Part shown: positions 41,888-51,596 of the stretch, in pieces
Position numbering within the stretch: position 1 is the first letter of the stretch
Layout: every line of letters starts with the position of its first letter
Assembly (NCBI GenBank): GCA_965249485.1
Contig: OZ252239.1
Coordinates: 448,001-512,000, forward strand
Origin: a bacterium
GTDB lineage: Bacteria; SM23-31
Direction: 5' to 3'
DNA: 64,000 nt
The notes under the pieces: generated by a model
The model's input: only the letters and a program-made list of their open reading frames with translations
Database searches by the model: none
What the model was told of the DNA's origin: nothing
Made by a program: the position numbers and the translations under genes

Positions 41888-42551
41888 ATGTTCTAAAAAT
41901 TATTAGCTGAATTTATTGCAACATTTGCGCTCGTTTTTATTGGCGGTGGAGCTGTTCACATAAATGTATTTTCCAACGGTGCTTTAGGATTAACCGGTAT
42001 TGCACTTGCTCACAGATTAGTTCTCTTGACTATGGTATATGCAACGGGTCACATTTCTGGTGCGTATTTCAATCCTGCTGTTACGTTCGGGATGTTTATT
42101 ACAAAAAACATAAAAGGAAGTGCTGCATTCGGATATATTTTAGCACAGCTTTCCGGTTCTATTGTTGCAGGAGTATTGCATGTAACCTTATTACCCTATA
42201 CACCGGACGGAAATCTGGGAGTAACTTAAGATATCTTCCGACATATCGGCAATAACAGGCATGGAGATCGAAGCAGTCCTGACGTTTTTTCTAGTATTTG
42301 TTATTTTTGGAACAGCAGTTGATTCAAAAGCGCCGGCAGGGATGTACGGACTGGCAATTGGACTAGTGCTTACGTTCGATATTCTCGTAGGCGGGACGCT
42401 TACCGGAGCATCAATGAATCCTGCACGGACTTTTGGACCTGCCCTCATCTCCGGATTTTGGGAGCACCATTGGGTATACTGGATTGGACCGCTCCTCGGA
42501 GGATCGGCAGCGGCAATTATATATAAAAAGTTTTTGCAAACTACCAATTAG
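41888..42551 (+). pseudogene. MIP/aquaporin pseudogene
   Basis: RBS AAGGAGGAG, then ATG TTC TAA (stop at codon 3), KLLAEFIATF, SGAYFNPAVT, a frameshift/stop at about 42227, then GASMNPARTFGPA and WVYWIGPLLG. Confidence 0.9.
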
Positions 42552-42613
42552 TCGGCATATTTTATTGTTTCAAATAGGAAGAAGTGTCAGAGTTGCACGA
42601 TTAATGACTTGTA

Positions 42614-43891
42614 TTACTCATCCGCTTTGAGTATATCAAACCCTGTATAGCGTCTCAATGCATCGGGAATAACGACACTTCCTTCAGCAGTTTGATATGT
42701 TTCCAATAAGGCAATCAGCAGGCGGGGTGTCGCAACACCCGATCCATTTAACGTATGGATGAATTCAACTTTTTTACCACTTTTTCTTCTGAACCGGATT
42801 CCGATTCTTCTCGCCTGAAACGCCTCAAAATTGCTGCAGCTCGACACTTCTAGATATTTTTCCTCGGCAGGTGACCACACTTCTAAATCGTAACATTTCG
42901 CTGCAGCAAAACTGAGATCCCCGGAGCACAACTCAATTACACGGTATTGCAATCCGAGTGTCTGCAGAATATCCTCTGCGTTTTTAACCAGTATTTCCAA
43001 CTCGTCGTATGAAGTTTCCGGCTCTACAAACTTCACCATTTCAACTTTGTTGAACTGATGCACCCGCTGAAATCCTTTGGTGTCTTTTCCATACGACCCC
43101 GCTTCCCGGCGGAAACAGGGAGAGAATGCCACATGATTGATTGGCAGTTGTGACAATTGAAGAATTTCGTCTTTGTAAATATTTGTTACGGACACTTCGG
43201 CAGTCGGGATTAAAAATAAATCGTCTTGCTCGATATGGTACATATCGTCTTCAAGTTTCGGAAGTTGGCCAGTTCCACCGGCGGCAGCACGATTAGCCAG
43301 AAAAGGGGTATACACCTCGGTAAAACCATGCTCTTGAATGTGAAAATCGAGCATGAAGTTGATAAGAGCCCGTTCAAGCTGTGCTCCTTTTCCGGTGAAT
43401 AGAGGAAATCCTGAACCTGCTATTTTCGATCCACGTTTAAAATCGAAGAGTTTGAGTTTCTGTCCAAGTGTGTCATGGTCTTTTACCGGGAAGTCGAACG
43501 TGGGTTTCTCTCCCCAGGACCGGATTTCAACATTTGCATCTGCATTTTTTCCGGTTGGAACCGACTCATGAGGAATATTGGGTAGACTGAAAAGAATGTC
43601 ATGAATCTTTGCATAAGCTTCGTTGATAGACACGTCTAAATTTTTGATCGATCGCGACACTTCCTGCATTTCTGCAACAAGCCCGGATGTGTCCAACTTG
43701 TCACGTTTCATCTCTGCAATCTGCCGGGAAACCGTATTCCGCTTCTGTTTCATTGAGTCGGCATCTTCCAAAAGTTTCCGCCACACTGCATCAAGATCAA
43801 GCAGCTCGTTACTCGAACCGGAGGATCCCTTTTTCTGAAGACCACGGACAACGAGATTGTAATTATCACGAATAAATTTCAAATCATACAT
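42614..43891 (-). CDS. serS: Serine--tRNA ligase
   Basis: LPNIPHESVP, LIPTAEV, CFRREAGS, VHQFNKVE, EVSSCSN, HTLNGSG. Confidence 0.97.
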   Translation of the reverse strand: MYDLKFIRDNYNLVVRGLQKKGSSGSSNELLDLDAVWRKLLEDADSMKQKRNTVSRQIAEMKRDKLDTSGLVAEMQEVSRSIKNLDVSINEAYAKIHDILFSLPNIPHESVPTGKNADANVEIRSWGEKPTFDFPVKDHDTLGQKLKLFDFKRGSKIAGSGFPLFTGKGAQLERALINFMLDFHIQEHGFTEVYTPFLANRAAAGGTGQLPKLEDDMYHIEQDDLFLIPTAEVSVTNIYKDEILQLSQLPINHVAFSPCFRREAGSYGKDTKGFQRVHQFNKVEMVKFVEPETSYDELEILVKNAEDILQTLGLQYRVIELCSGDLSFAAAKCYDLEVWSPAEEKYLEVSSCSNFEAFQARRIGIRFRRKSGKKVEFIHTLNGSGVATPRLLIALLETYQTAEGSVVIPDALRRYTGFDILKADE

Positions 43892-43912
43892 TGCAGTATC
43901 ATTGCCTCTTTC

Positions 43913-45307
43913 TTATCCTCCCCGGCGTGTTAAAACCGTTACTATGGTAGCCAGCAATATTTTGAAATCGAGTTTCAGCGACATATTTTCAATATAAAAC
44001 AGATCGTATTCCAATTTCTTTTTTATATCGGTAACCGATTCTGAGAACTTTTGCTTTACCTGAGCAAGTCCGGTAATTCCTGGTTTTACCCGGAGTCGTT
44101 TTGAATAAAGTGGAATTTCTTTAATGAATTTTTGTACAAAAAAGGGGAGTTCAGGCCTCGGGCCGATCAAGCTCATTTCACTTTCAAGTACGTTGATCAT
44201 CTGAGGAATTTCGTCTATTCTGAGTCTGCGAAGGAATGCTCCTACTGTCGTTATTCTGGGATCTTTTTCCTGTGTTAACAAAAACTCGGGCATTGCATCT
44301 GCGTTCTGTACCATAGAACGAAATTTATACATGGTGAAATCCTTGCCGTGCTGCCCGATTCTGACTTGTTTGTAGAATACGGAACCTTTACTATTCAGCT
44401 TTATGGCAAATCCAAGCAGAACCCAGATTGGTAAAAACACTAAGAGAACTGCTGAAGAACCAACGAGATCAATAGTCCGTTTTGCAATCCGGAATCCTAC
44501 AGAATAATTTTCAGGAAGAATTTCAACAAGGTCCAGACCATACATATGCTGAATACGGGCATTACCTACCGCAATTTCGTAGATATCGGGAATTGTTCTG
44601 AGCGCAACAGGGTAGCCGTTGCATTTATCTACGATATCGAACAGTTGGGATTTTGTCGGTTCATCAAGTATAATTAAAACTTCTTCTATATTGTTCTGAG
44701 CACATACATCATCAAATTCTTCAATACTGCCGAAAACTTTCCCTTTTAAGGATTTTGCGGGCACTACAGGTGATGTTTTGAGAAATCCAAGAGCATCGAA
44801 TCCGGTTAATACGTTATTCCTTATCTGTTGGTAGATTTTTTGCGCCTGTTGACCGGTTCCAATTATGAGCGTTTTTCGGCGTCCGAATCCCCGTTTGAGG
44901 CGATTTCTTTGATACGTGCGGATCCAGATACGGCCAACACTTAGAAAGAACATGAGAAATATCCAGTAATTCAGAATAATTATTCTAGAAAGTGGAAGAG
45001 GATTATTCACATCTATTGTCGTTGCAAAGAGAGTTATGGTTCCAAGGGAAACCGCTTTGAATACCGTAACAATCTCATCTGTCCTTGACACTGCTATTTT
45101 CGATCTGTATAATCCAAATAATGCAAAGAGGACAATCCAGATTAGAGACAGTAAGATACCCCCCAGCAAAACACCTAATGGTGTCGGGGGAACATCCGAC
45201 TCCAGCGATACAACGTAGAAACGGAGAACATAAACAAGTATATAGGCACTATTTGCGGCAAGTAAATCGGAAAGAATTAGTATAGTTTTTTCAGTAAACC
45301 GGGTCAT
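43913..45307 (-). CDS. Priming sugar transferase (WcaJ-like polyprenyl glycosylphosphotransferase)
   Basis: TM region, LIIGTG, KRTID, YKFRSM, DPRIT, DEIPQ, MSLIGPRPE, KPGITGLAQV. Confidence 0.92.
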   Translation of the reverse strand: MTRFTEKTILILSDLLAANSAYILVYVLRFYVVSLESDVPPTPLGVLLGGILLSLIWIVLFALFGLYRSKIAVSRTDEIVTVFKAVSLGTITLFATTIDVNNPLPLSRIIILNYWIFLMFFLSVGRIWIRTYQRNRLKRGFGRRKTLIIGTGQQAQKIYQQIRNNVLTGFDALGFLKTSPVVPAKSLKGKVFGSIEEFDDVCAQNNIEEVLIILDEPTKSQLFDIVDKCNGYPVALRTIPDIYEIAVGNARIQHMYGLDLVEILPENYSVGFRIAKRTIDLVGSSAVLLVFLPIWVLLGFAIKLNSKGSVFYKQVRIGQHGKDFTMYKFRSMVQNADAMPEFLLTQEKDPRITTVGAFLRRLRIDEIPQMINVLESEMSLIGPRPELPFFVQKFIKEIPLYSKRLRVKPGITGLAQVKQKFSESVTDIKKKLEYDLFYIENMSLKLDFKILLATIVTVLTRRGG

Positions 45308-45339
45308 ATTTTATTTAAAGAGTTCCAAAACATCGAATA

Positions 45340-46491
45340 TCAAGGGCGGTTAACCGGATTCCAATATGGTTTCTGAAGCCGAAAAATAAATTTAAAAAAT
45401 CCGATGAGCAGCCCAATATTCATAACCAAAAAGTATGCACAATAAGTTAAGAATTTTATTCTGATTTTCAAAATAGTTAACAGGACACCGAGAAACGATA
45501 ACATCAAGACTATTATTGAAGTACTGTAAAGGAAGCTGTTTACATATATCTCCTGAGTGAAGAGGCCTGAAACAAAGAAAATTATTATAAATATAGGTGA
45601 TAACCACCTAAGCACCTTATGCGACCAGATCCCCAATGCAATATACCCTTTGCGGGGATGCAGCAGTGAAGTAAAATGGATAATGTCATTGAGGTTTCCA
45701 GCACTGATTCGGATACGGCGTTTCATTTCGGCAAATATATCATCCTGAATTGGTGCAAAAACTTGAGCACGAGTCCAAAAAATACCATTATATCCATTTT
45801 TTACAGCCGAAAGTAGCGTAAACGAATCATCTGAAAAAATTGCGGTTTCCGGTAAATTTCGATACAAGGAACGTTTTACAGCAAGGACAGCACCACTCAA
45901 ACTGAATGTTGTTCTAATACGTGATTCTAATTCTCTCAGTTTTGCTTCGAATGAGAAATATTTTTGCTCCGGAACAGTTATATCATTTTTATCATTTACA
46001 ACAAAAACAACCTTGCCACCGACTACTCCAACTTTTTTATCCTGGAATGGCACAATGAGTTCTCGAACTACATCAGCATCAAACAGAACATCAGAATCGG
46101 TAAATACAAGAATCTCCCCTGTACTCTTCTCGACAAGCTGATTCAATACCCAGTTTTTACCATGCCGTTCTTGAAATAGAAAAATGGTTACCCGTGAATC
46201 ATGAATTGATTCCAAAATGGAATTAGTTTTATCAGTTGAACCATCCGATCCGATTAGGATTTCCAACTTATCTTCAGGGTAATCCAAAGCAAGGCAGTTC
46301 TTGATTCTTTCTTTTAAGACTTTCTCTTCATTATAGGCTGAAAAAATAACTGAAACTGGCGGGTAATCGGTCACTTCTCCGTATAACTGTTCTGGATAAA
46401 ATCGGGAAATTATCCATATAAGTGCATAATACCCAACATAAATATACAGTACGAGGGCAAAACTGAGCCAGAATAGTATTTCAAAAATCAT
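45340..46491 (-). CDS. GT2 family glycosyltransferase (cellulose synthase/IcaA-like)
   Basis: SAYNEE, DYP, SDGSTD, FTDSD, SDD, RRIRISAG, SHKVLRW. Confidence 0.9.
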   Translation of the reverse strand: MIFEILFWLSFALVLYIYVGYYALIWIISRFYPEQLYGEVTDYPPVSVIFSAYNEEKVLKERIKNCLALDYPEDKLEILIGSDGSTDKTNSILESIHDSRVTIFLFQERHGKNWVLNQLVEKSTGEILVFTDSDVLFDADVVRELIVPFQDKKVGVVGGKVVFVVNDKNDITVPEQKYFSFEAKLRELESRIRTTFSLSGAVLAVKRSLYRNLPETAIFSDDSFTLLSAVKNGYNGIFWTRAQVFAPIQDDIFAEMKRRIRISAGNLNDIIHFTSLLHPRKGYIALGIWSHKVLRWLSPIFIIIFFVSGLFTQEIYVNSFLYSTSIIVLMLSFLGVLLTILKIRIKFLTYCAYFLVMNIGLLIGFFKFIFRLQKPYWNPVNRP

Positions 46492-46560
46492 ATTGGATAT
46501 ATCTGTTTACAAACAAGAAAGAATCATTCTATTAAAATTGTGTGAGACATTCAAACGAGG

Positions 46561-47280
46561 CTACCCTCGAATCAGATGTATCATGTCGCGAACCGCTTTT
46601 TCGAGTCCTGTAAATACCGCCCGTCCAACTATTGAATGTCCAATGTTTAATTCCTCAATTTTATCGAGTGCAGCAACTTCTCTGACATTATAGTAATTCA
46701 AACCGTGCCCGGCACTAACACTAAGACCCAGTTTTGATCCTGCATACGCCATAGACTGCAAAGTGGAAATTTGCTCTTCCTGTTCATTAGCATCGACAGC
46801 TTCGGTGTATCTACCGGTATGGAGTTCAATATAGTCTGCACCAGAACGCGCAGAGGCTTTAACCTGTTCTAATTCTGGATCTATGAATAAACTCACAATG
46901 ATATTACTTGCCCGGAGCTTTGAAACTGCATCATGTATCTGATCGGTGTTGTTTATCACATCGAGTCCTCCTTCTGTTGTCACTTCAGTCCTTTTTTCGG
47001 GAACAAGTGTGACCATATCGGGTTGAACTTTTGCAGCTATTGACACCATTTCATCAGTTACGGCCATCTCCAGATTCAAATGAGTTTTGACAATCTGCCG
47101 AAGTAGGCGGAGATCCCGGTCACTTAGGTGTCGCCTATCTTCCCTCAGATGGCAGACGATACCGTCAGCACCGGCAAGTTCTACTATGACAGCCGCAGCA
47201 ACCGGATCGGGTTCGGTGATTTTCCGTGCTTCCCTTAACGTCGCAACATGATCAATATTGACTCCTAATCTCATACTCAT
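46561..47280 (-). CDS. pdxJ: Pyridoxine 5'-phosphate synthase
   Basis: [43 protein letters not shown]. Confidence 0.97.
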   Translation of the reverse strand: MSMRLGVNIDHVATLREARKITEPDPVAAAVIVELAGADGIVCHLREDRRHLSDRDLRLLRQIVKTHLNLEMAVTDEMVSIAAKVQPDMVTLVPEKRTEVTTEGGLDVINNTDQIHDAVSKLRASNIIVSLFIDPELEQVKASARSGADYIELHTGRYTEAVDANEQEEQISTLQSMAYAGSKLGLSVSAGHGLNYYNVREVAALDKIEELNIGHSIVGRAVFTGLEKAVRDMIHLIRG

Positions 47281-47349
47281 TCCTCATTTATAATATTTGG
47301 TTTACTATGCTCACTCATTCTCCTCAAGTTAACAAATCAATCTGACATT

Positions 47350-47913
47350 TCAAACAATTGACTTGTCGAACCACCGCGTAATTTTCCAGATCCCGGTATC
47401 AATATGTCTTCTCATATTAAATAGTGCTTCACCGTAAATTCTGATTTCTGAATTGAGGGTAAGAACAAATCCCTTTGAGATTTCTGCTTCTGTTGAATCT
47501 GCTGAGAAGGTTGTATAATTTGTCGTATTCCACTGCAGATCAATTGCTGTAAAGGTGTTGAAAAGTCCCGATGTTGTTCTGACATCATCTTCTTTACCCC
47601 AGGAGACAAAGGAATCGTTATCGTGATCTCGCCATACAAACACAAAGTCGTCGTCGAGGATATCACGATACACGAGTGAGTCTTTAAAGGTATAAGCAAA
47701 CTGAAAATTTATCAGCGTCTCATCTGGCGTCTGCTGTGCCGTTAAAAGGGAACTAAAATCCGTAGAAAGTTCACCGAGTCTTGGGGCAAACGGATTTGCG
47801 CAGTTTGACAGCGTCATAACTGCTATCACAACACCGATAACACCAACAAAAATTGGCAACTTGTGAAACAGACTGTCACTCAAGCCTATTCGTGAAAATG
47901 GTATCATTTTCAA
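47350..47913 (-). CDS. Hypothetical lipoprotein (C-x-NPF type)
   Basis: Hydrophobic stretch, LSNC-ANPFAP, C-terminal WKITRWFD. Confidence 0.7.
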   Translation of the reverse strand: MKMIPFSRIGLSDSLFHKLPIFVGVIGVVIAVMTLSNCANPFAPRLGELSTDFSSLLTAQQTPDETLINFQFAYTFKDSLVYRDILDDDFVFVWRDHDNDSFVSWGKEDDVRTTSGLFNTFTAIDLQWNTTNYTTFSADSTEAEISKGFVLTLNSEIRIYGEALFNMRRHIDTGIWKITRWFDKSIV

Positions 47914-48551
47914 AACTCAGCCTTCATTTGGCTCCAAACCGGAGAATCTTCTGTTTTAAAATCGGCCCAATATGATATGTACCAGAGTGCGTTGGGGTCC
48001 TTGCGCATACTCAACTCCATTCGACCTGCCACCTGTATTGATAGAGCAGGATCCGTGTGAGCGATTAATAAATCGTATTCTTTGGTCGTTTTAAGTGAGT
48101 CTCCGAATTGTGTTTCGTTGATATCCTGTAAAATCAGGCTACTAATCGAATCGTCGGGCACCACGCTAAATATTCGATTGATATAGTTTCTTTCTTCAAA
48201 TATCGTCCAGTTCTGGAACACTCCCTGATAGTTATTTGCAACACTCTGTTCCGGTTCAAATATAAAATGTATCCTTGTTTCTTCGTTGATCCCGAAACAT
48301 TTTATATAATTTTCAACGTTTTTTTCCAGAACTGACGATTTGAGATTTTCAAACACGGTTTCTGGAGTGACCGGTGGGATAAACGAGGATTGAGTTCCGC
48401 TCGGAGTTTCAGGGTCCCGTGTTGCAAATGGATTATCACACCGGATTTGTATTATACAGAGTACGGCAATAATCACACAAATCTGTCTATAATTTTTTAC
48501 AGTAGCCGCCAATTGAAGAAACGATCGGTTTTTCAAGGCATCTTGATGCAT
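47910..48551 (-). CDS. Hypothetical lipoprotein (C-x-NPF type)
   Basis: Hydrophobic stretch, C-DNPFATRDPETP, WYISYWAD; 4-bp overlap with the next gene. Confidence 0.7.
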   Translation of the reverse strand: MHQDALKNRSFLQLAATVKNYRQICVIIAVLCIIQIRCDNPFATRDPETPSGTQSSFIPPVTPETVFENLKSSVLEKNVENYIKCFGINEETRIHFIFEPEQSVANNYQGVFQNWTIFEERNYINRIFSVVPDDSISSLILQDINETQFGDSLKTTKEYDLLIAHTDPALSIQVAGRMELSMRKDPNALWYISYWADFKTEDSPVWSQMKAEF

Positions 48552-48623
48552 AATGTACCTTGCATAATTCGGTTTTGAAGTGTCATTTAATGTAAATAAT
48601 TAAGTAAAAATGTCAATAAAAAC

Positions 48624-48652
48624 TTGCATTTATACGATTGGTTATGTATAAT
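48624..48652 (+). promoter_or_regulatory. Putative sigma-70 promoter, back-to-back with a - strand TTGACA-N16-TACATT
   Basis: TTGCAT-N17-TATAAT. Confidence 0.55.
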
Positions 48653-49104
48653 TTAATGCTTATTATGATCTGGTTTGTCCATATTTTTCCATATTTCCGG
48701 AGAGAATTTTTTATCTTTCCTAATTTTTTGTACAAACATGCGGCTTAAACCGCTGATTTGTCTCGTACACATTCCCTGGTACTAAAGCAGAGAATTAATG
48801 TGCGTAATAGAGTGTTATAATTATACGATGATTTAATTCTTTTGTCAATATATAGTATCAAAGGTGTCATATTAAAGGAGCCACAAATTTGATGGTTTCA
48901 TACTTCGATTTTATACCCTAGACCAAGAATTCATTTATACTTTATGATATAGTGAGTGAATTAAATTTCCATTTCTGATAAGAGCTTCCATAAAAATGGA
49001 GTGACATACTATAGCAGGAAACTATCGAATCCATTGCCGGTGTTGTCGTCGAGCGAGTCGATAAAGAAGATGTTATTTTTGTAAGAAAAAGTATCCTCGA
49101 TAAC

Positions 49105-50181
49105 ATGTACCAACTTATCTTTGAGCAGCGTATTAAACTCACTGATATTGAAGAAGCTGTTGGTGAAAAATCAAAATCTGACGATTCACACAAGATTTAT
49201 TCTTACTTTGCAAATGAGCTGATAAAGTATCTTGCCGCTAAACTTACTAAAGCGAAAATGGCCGGATTCAGAGGTACTCCTCAAAAAGCAAACGCTCAGG
49301 ATAAAGAATTGAGCAAGAGCGAACAATTTCTCGAGCGAAAACGTAAGGAAGCCCTTGAAAAAGCATCAAAAGAAAATGAAGATAAATCGGGACAAGCTGA
49401 AAAAATCGGGCTTAAGGATATTGGAAAAGATATAGAAGAGCGTGAAGAGACAATGAAGGAACTCGAAAAAAAGCGGGAGGAGCAGCAAAAATCTACGGAA
49501 ACAGAATATGAAAAGCACACTTTTGCGTATCAGATCGCGTTTGAACTTTATGCTCAGGCGGTTAAATCTGCCGCCGGTAAAGAAGCGGATGTTGAAAAGT
49601 TATGTGAAATCATTAAGGAGATCGGCAGCCCGGATCTCAACAAACGGCAGGTTGCATTAGGGAAAATCGGCGCTCAACGGCAGTGTGTTTTAGCGATTGA
49701 TGCACTTGTTGCTTCAATGAAAGATAAAAATATTATAATTCCCATAATCAACGTTTTAACCAAAACAGGTAGTAAAAAATGTATTATGCCATTGATAAGC
49801 CTGATAATGGAATACCCGACACCAAAGGACATACTTTTCCGAGGTCCCGCTGAAAAAGCAATCGGTGAGACAATCCGGCTGCAAAACGAAAAAGAGAAAA
49901 GTGCCGGTACAAAATATATGTTTCAAATGTGCAGCAATCCGAAATTTGAGCCGACGATTAAAGTTCTCGCAAAAATCTTGATCAAAGATATCATCGATGA
50001 GAAAATCCGTTCTGATTACTTTACACCGCTGTGTCTCAAATGGATGTCACTAATTGCTGAAAAAGTTGCTGAGAAGAAAAAGAAAACGGTTAAGGTCGGA
50101 TTTGTCAATGTCACAAAACAGACCGACCTCTCCAAGCAACTTGGTGAATTTGCATCCACGGCAAGACAACATATTTCTTAG
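49105..50181 (+). CDS. Hypothetical protein, charged coiled-coil plus HEAT-like helical region (true start may be near 49011)
   Basis: 358-aa ORF; frame is open about 30 codons upstream; RQVALGKIG..AIDALV..VLTKTG..IMPLI HEAT-like pattern. Confidence 0.7.
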   Translation: MYQLIFEQRIKLTDIEEAVGEKSKSDDSHKIYSYFANELIKYLAAKLTKAKMAGFRGTPQKANAQDKELSKSEQFLERKRKEALEKASKENEDKSGQAEKIGLKDIGKDIEEREETMKELEKKREEQQKSTETEYEKHTFAYQIAFELYAQAVKSAAGKEADVEKLCEIIKEIGSPDLNKRQVALGKIGAQRQCVLAIDALVASMKDKNIIIPIINVLTKTGSKKCIMPLISLIMEYPTPKDILFRGPAEKAIGETIRLQNEKEKSAGTKYMFQMCSNPKFEPTIKVLAKILIKDIIDEKIRSDYFTPLCLKWMSLIAEKVAEKKKKTVKVGFVNVTKQTDLSKQLGEFASTARQHIS

Positions 50182-50239
50182 GAAAAACAGTGTGTAAGAA
50201 AAATCATGACACCTCTGTTCTCTTGTGCACTAATGCGTG

Positions 50240-50266
50240 TAACCTGCCTTATTTTAATGCCGATGA
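50240..50266 (+). promoter_or_regulatory. Possible second sigma-28-type promoter
   Basis: TAAC-N15-GCCGATGA, about 175 nt upstream of 50443. Confidence 0.35.
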
Positions 50267-50442
50267 AGATTATAATTTTGTGTGATATTAGAAAATTGCC
50301 GGAATAATCTGAGGTTGAAATTGTATTAATACATGATGGCCATTTTAAGAACATTAGATTTCAGAAACATTATTTACATTTTAATTGTTTAGTTTTATAT
50401 GCATATTATTTATCCTTACATTATTAACACAGGTTTCAAACA

Positions 50443-51555
50443 ATGATTCTTCAACAACCACATAACTACATTCTTACAAAACGTGTTCTTCTATCCGGAA
50501 TACTTTTGTCTGCTCTCATTTTCACCACCGGCTGCCAAGAAAAGCTAATCATCTTAGATATTGACAGCTATATTGATTTTTTAAATATATCGGAAAGCCA
50601 GATAGAAGAAGTACGACCTATCTTCGACGAAATCAGCGATATTGTTAACTCATATAATCTCAGCATTACAAATGATTCCCAGGTTAAAAAAAGTAAGCAT
50701 GAGCGGAGAGATTTCCGGCTCAATCTTAAAATCGAACTGTTGCGGCAATTTAATCCTGTTCTTTCGTCACTCTATGAAAAACTCGATGCGATCCAGCGAA
50801 ATTCCTTGGAGCGGTCCGAGCTGTATTATAATTATCTCACCGCCAAGCGGTACGTTGTCAATAATATCAGACCGGTGAGTGAAGTGACATATGAGCGATT
50901 TGTTACCCCGGAGATCGAGTTAGCCGCAGACCATATTTATACCGGTGAAGATTATTACAAAAATTGGACTATTCAATTTGGTCTTCCAATGAACTCTGTG
51001 TCGGGCAGGAACATCCAAAACTCGATCAATGCGGGAGGGAGACAGAGTTTTCCTACAAGTATTCAGGCTACCTTAATGGATAAAACGCTTTTGGAGCGTG
51101 AACCGGCTGGTTCCAACGGATACCCCGCCGGTTACGACTCACAATCTCATCTCGAAATCAGAGTAATTATGTCAAGCCGTCTGCACGAGAACTTTGTAGA
51201 TATTGAAAAGTGGATTCCTTTTCTTGAGCTTTCGAACGGTGTGATTTTAGAACCGGTCAAAGCAATTAAACGGGATAACGAATGGTTTGAGGATAGGAGC
51301 GTGAATCTGGTAACCAGCAACATGCCGACATTTATTTTTTCAAATGAAGAATTAGAAGAACAGTTCGAGAAACGGCCAACGCCACGCAGATCGATACATC
51401 TTGAGAGACATGTAGCATATTATCAACTCTTTTTTCCGGCAGAGATTAACAATACTCCCATTTTATCTGACGATATTTCGAATGTGAAGTTAGTTTTTCT
51501 TCAGGAGATTGGCAGTAACAACCGTGCTGAGGGGATTTGGTACTTAATATGGTAA
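50443..51555 (+). CDS. Hypothetical lipoprotein
   Basis: KR plus hydrophobic stretch plus TTGC lipobox; 370-aa ORF. Confidence 0.7.
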   Translation: MILQQPHNYILTKRVLLSGILLSALIFTTGCQEKLIILDIDSYIDFLNISESQIEEVRPIFDEISDIVNSYNLSITNDSQVKKSKHERRDFRLNLKIELLRQFNPVLSSLYEKLDAIQRNSLERSELYYNYLTAKRYVVNNIRPVSEVTYERFVTPEIELAADHIYTGEDYYKNWTIQFGLPMNSVSGRNIQNSINAGGRQSFPTSIQATLMDKTLLEREPAGSNGYPAGYDSQSHLEIRVIMSSRLHENFVDIEKWIPFLELSNGVILEPVKAIKRDNEWFEDRSVNLVTSNMPTFIFSNEELEEQFEKRPTPRRSIHLERHVAYYQLFFPAEINNTPILSDDISNVKLVFLQEIGSNNRAEGIWYLIW

Positions 51556-51596
51556 AATAATTGAGACTGATTCGAGAAGTTGTGTTCGTTTTATCA

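Noticed and set aside
45340..46491. AT-richer GT2 gene as a foreign island
   Set aside because: No flanking repeats or mobility genes; membrane-rich glycosyltransferase genes are often AT-biased.
48730..48765. ACAAACATGCGGCTTAAACC resembling part of a c-di-GMP-I riboswitch
   Set aside because: The required upstream GGCAAA..GNRA hairpin is absent.
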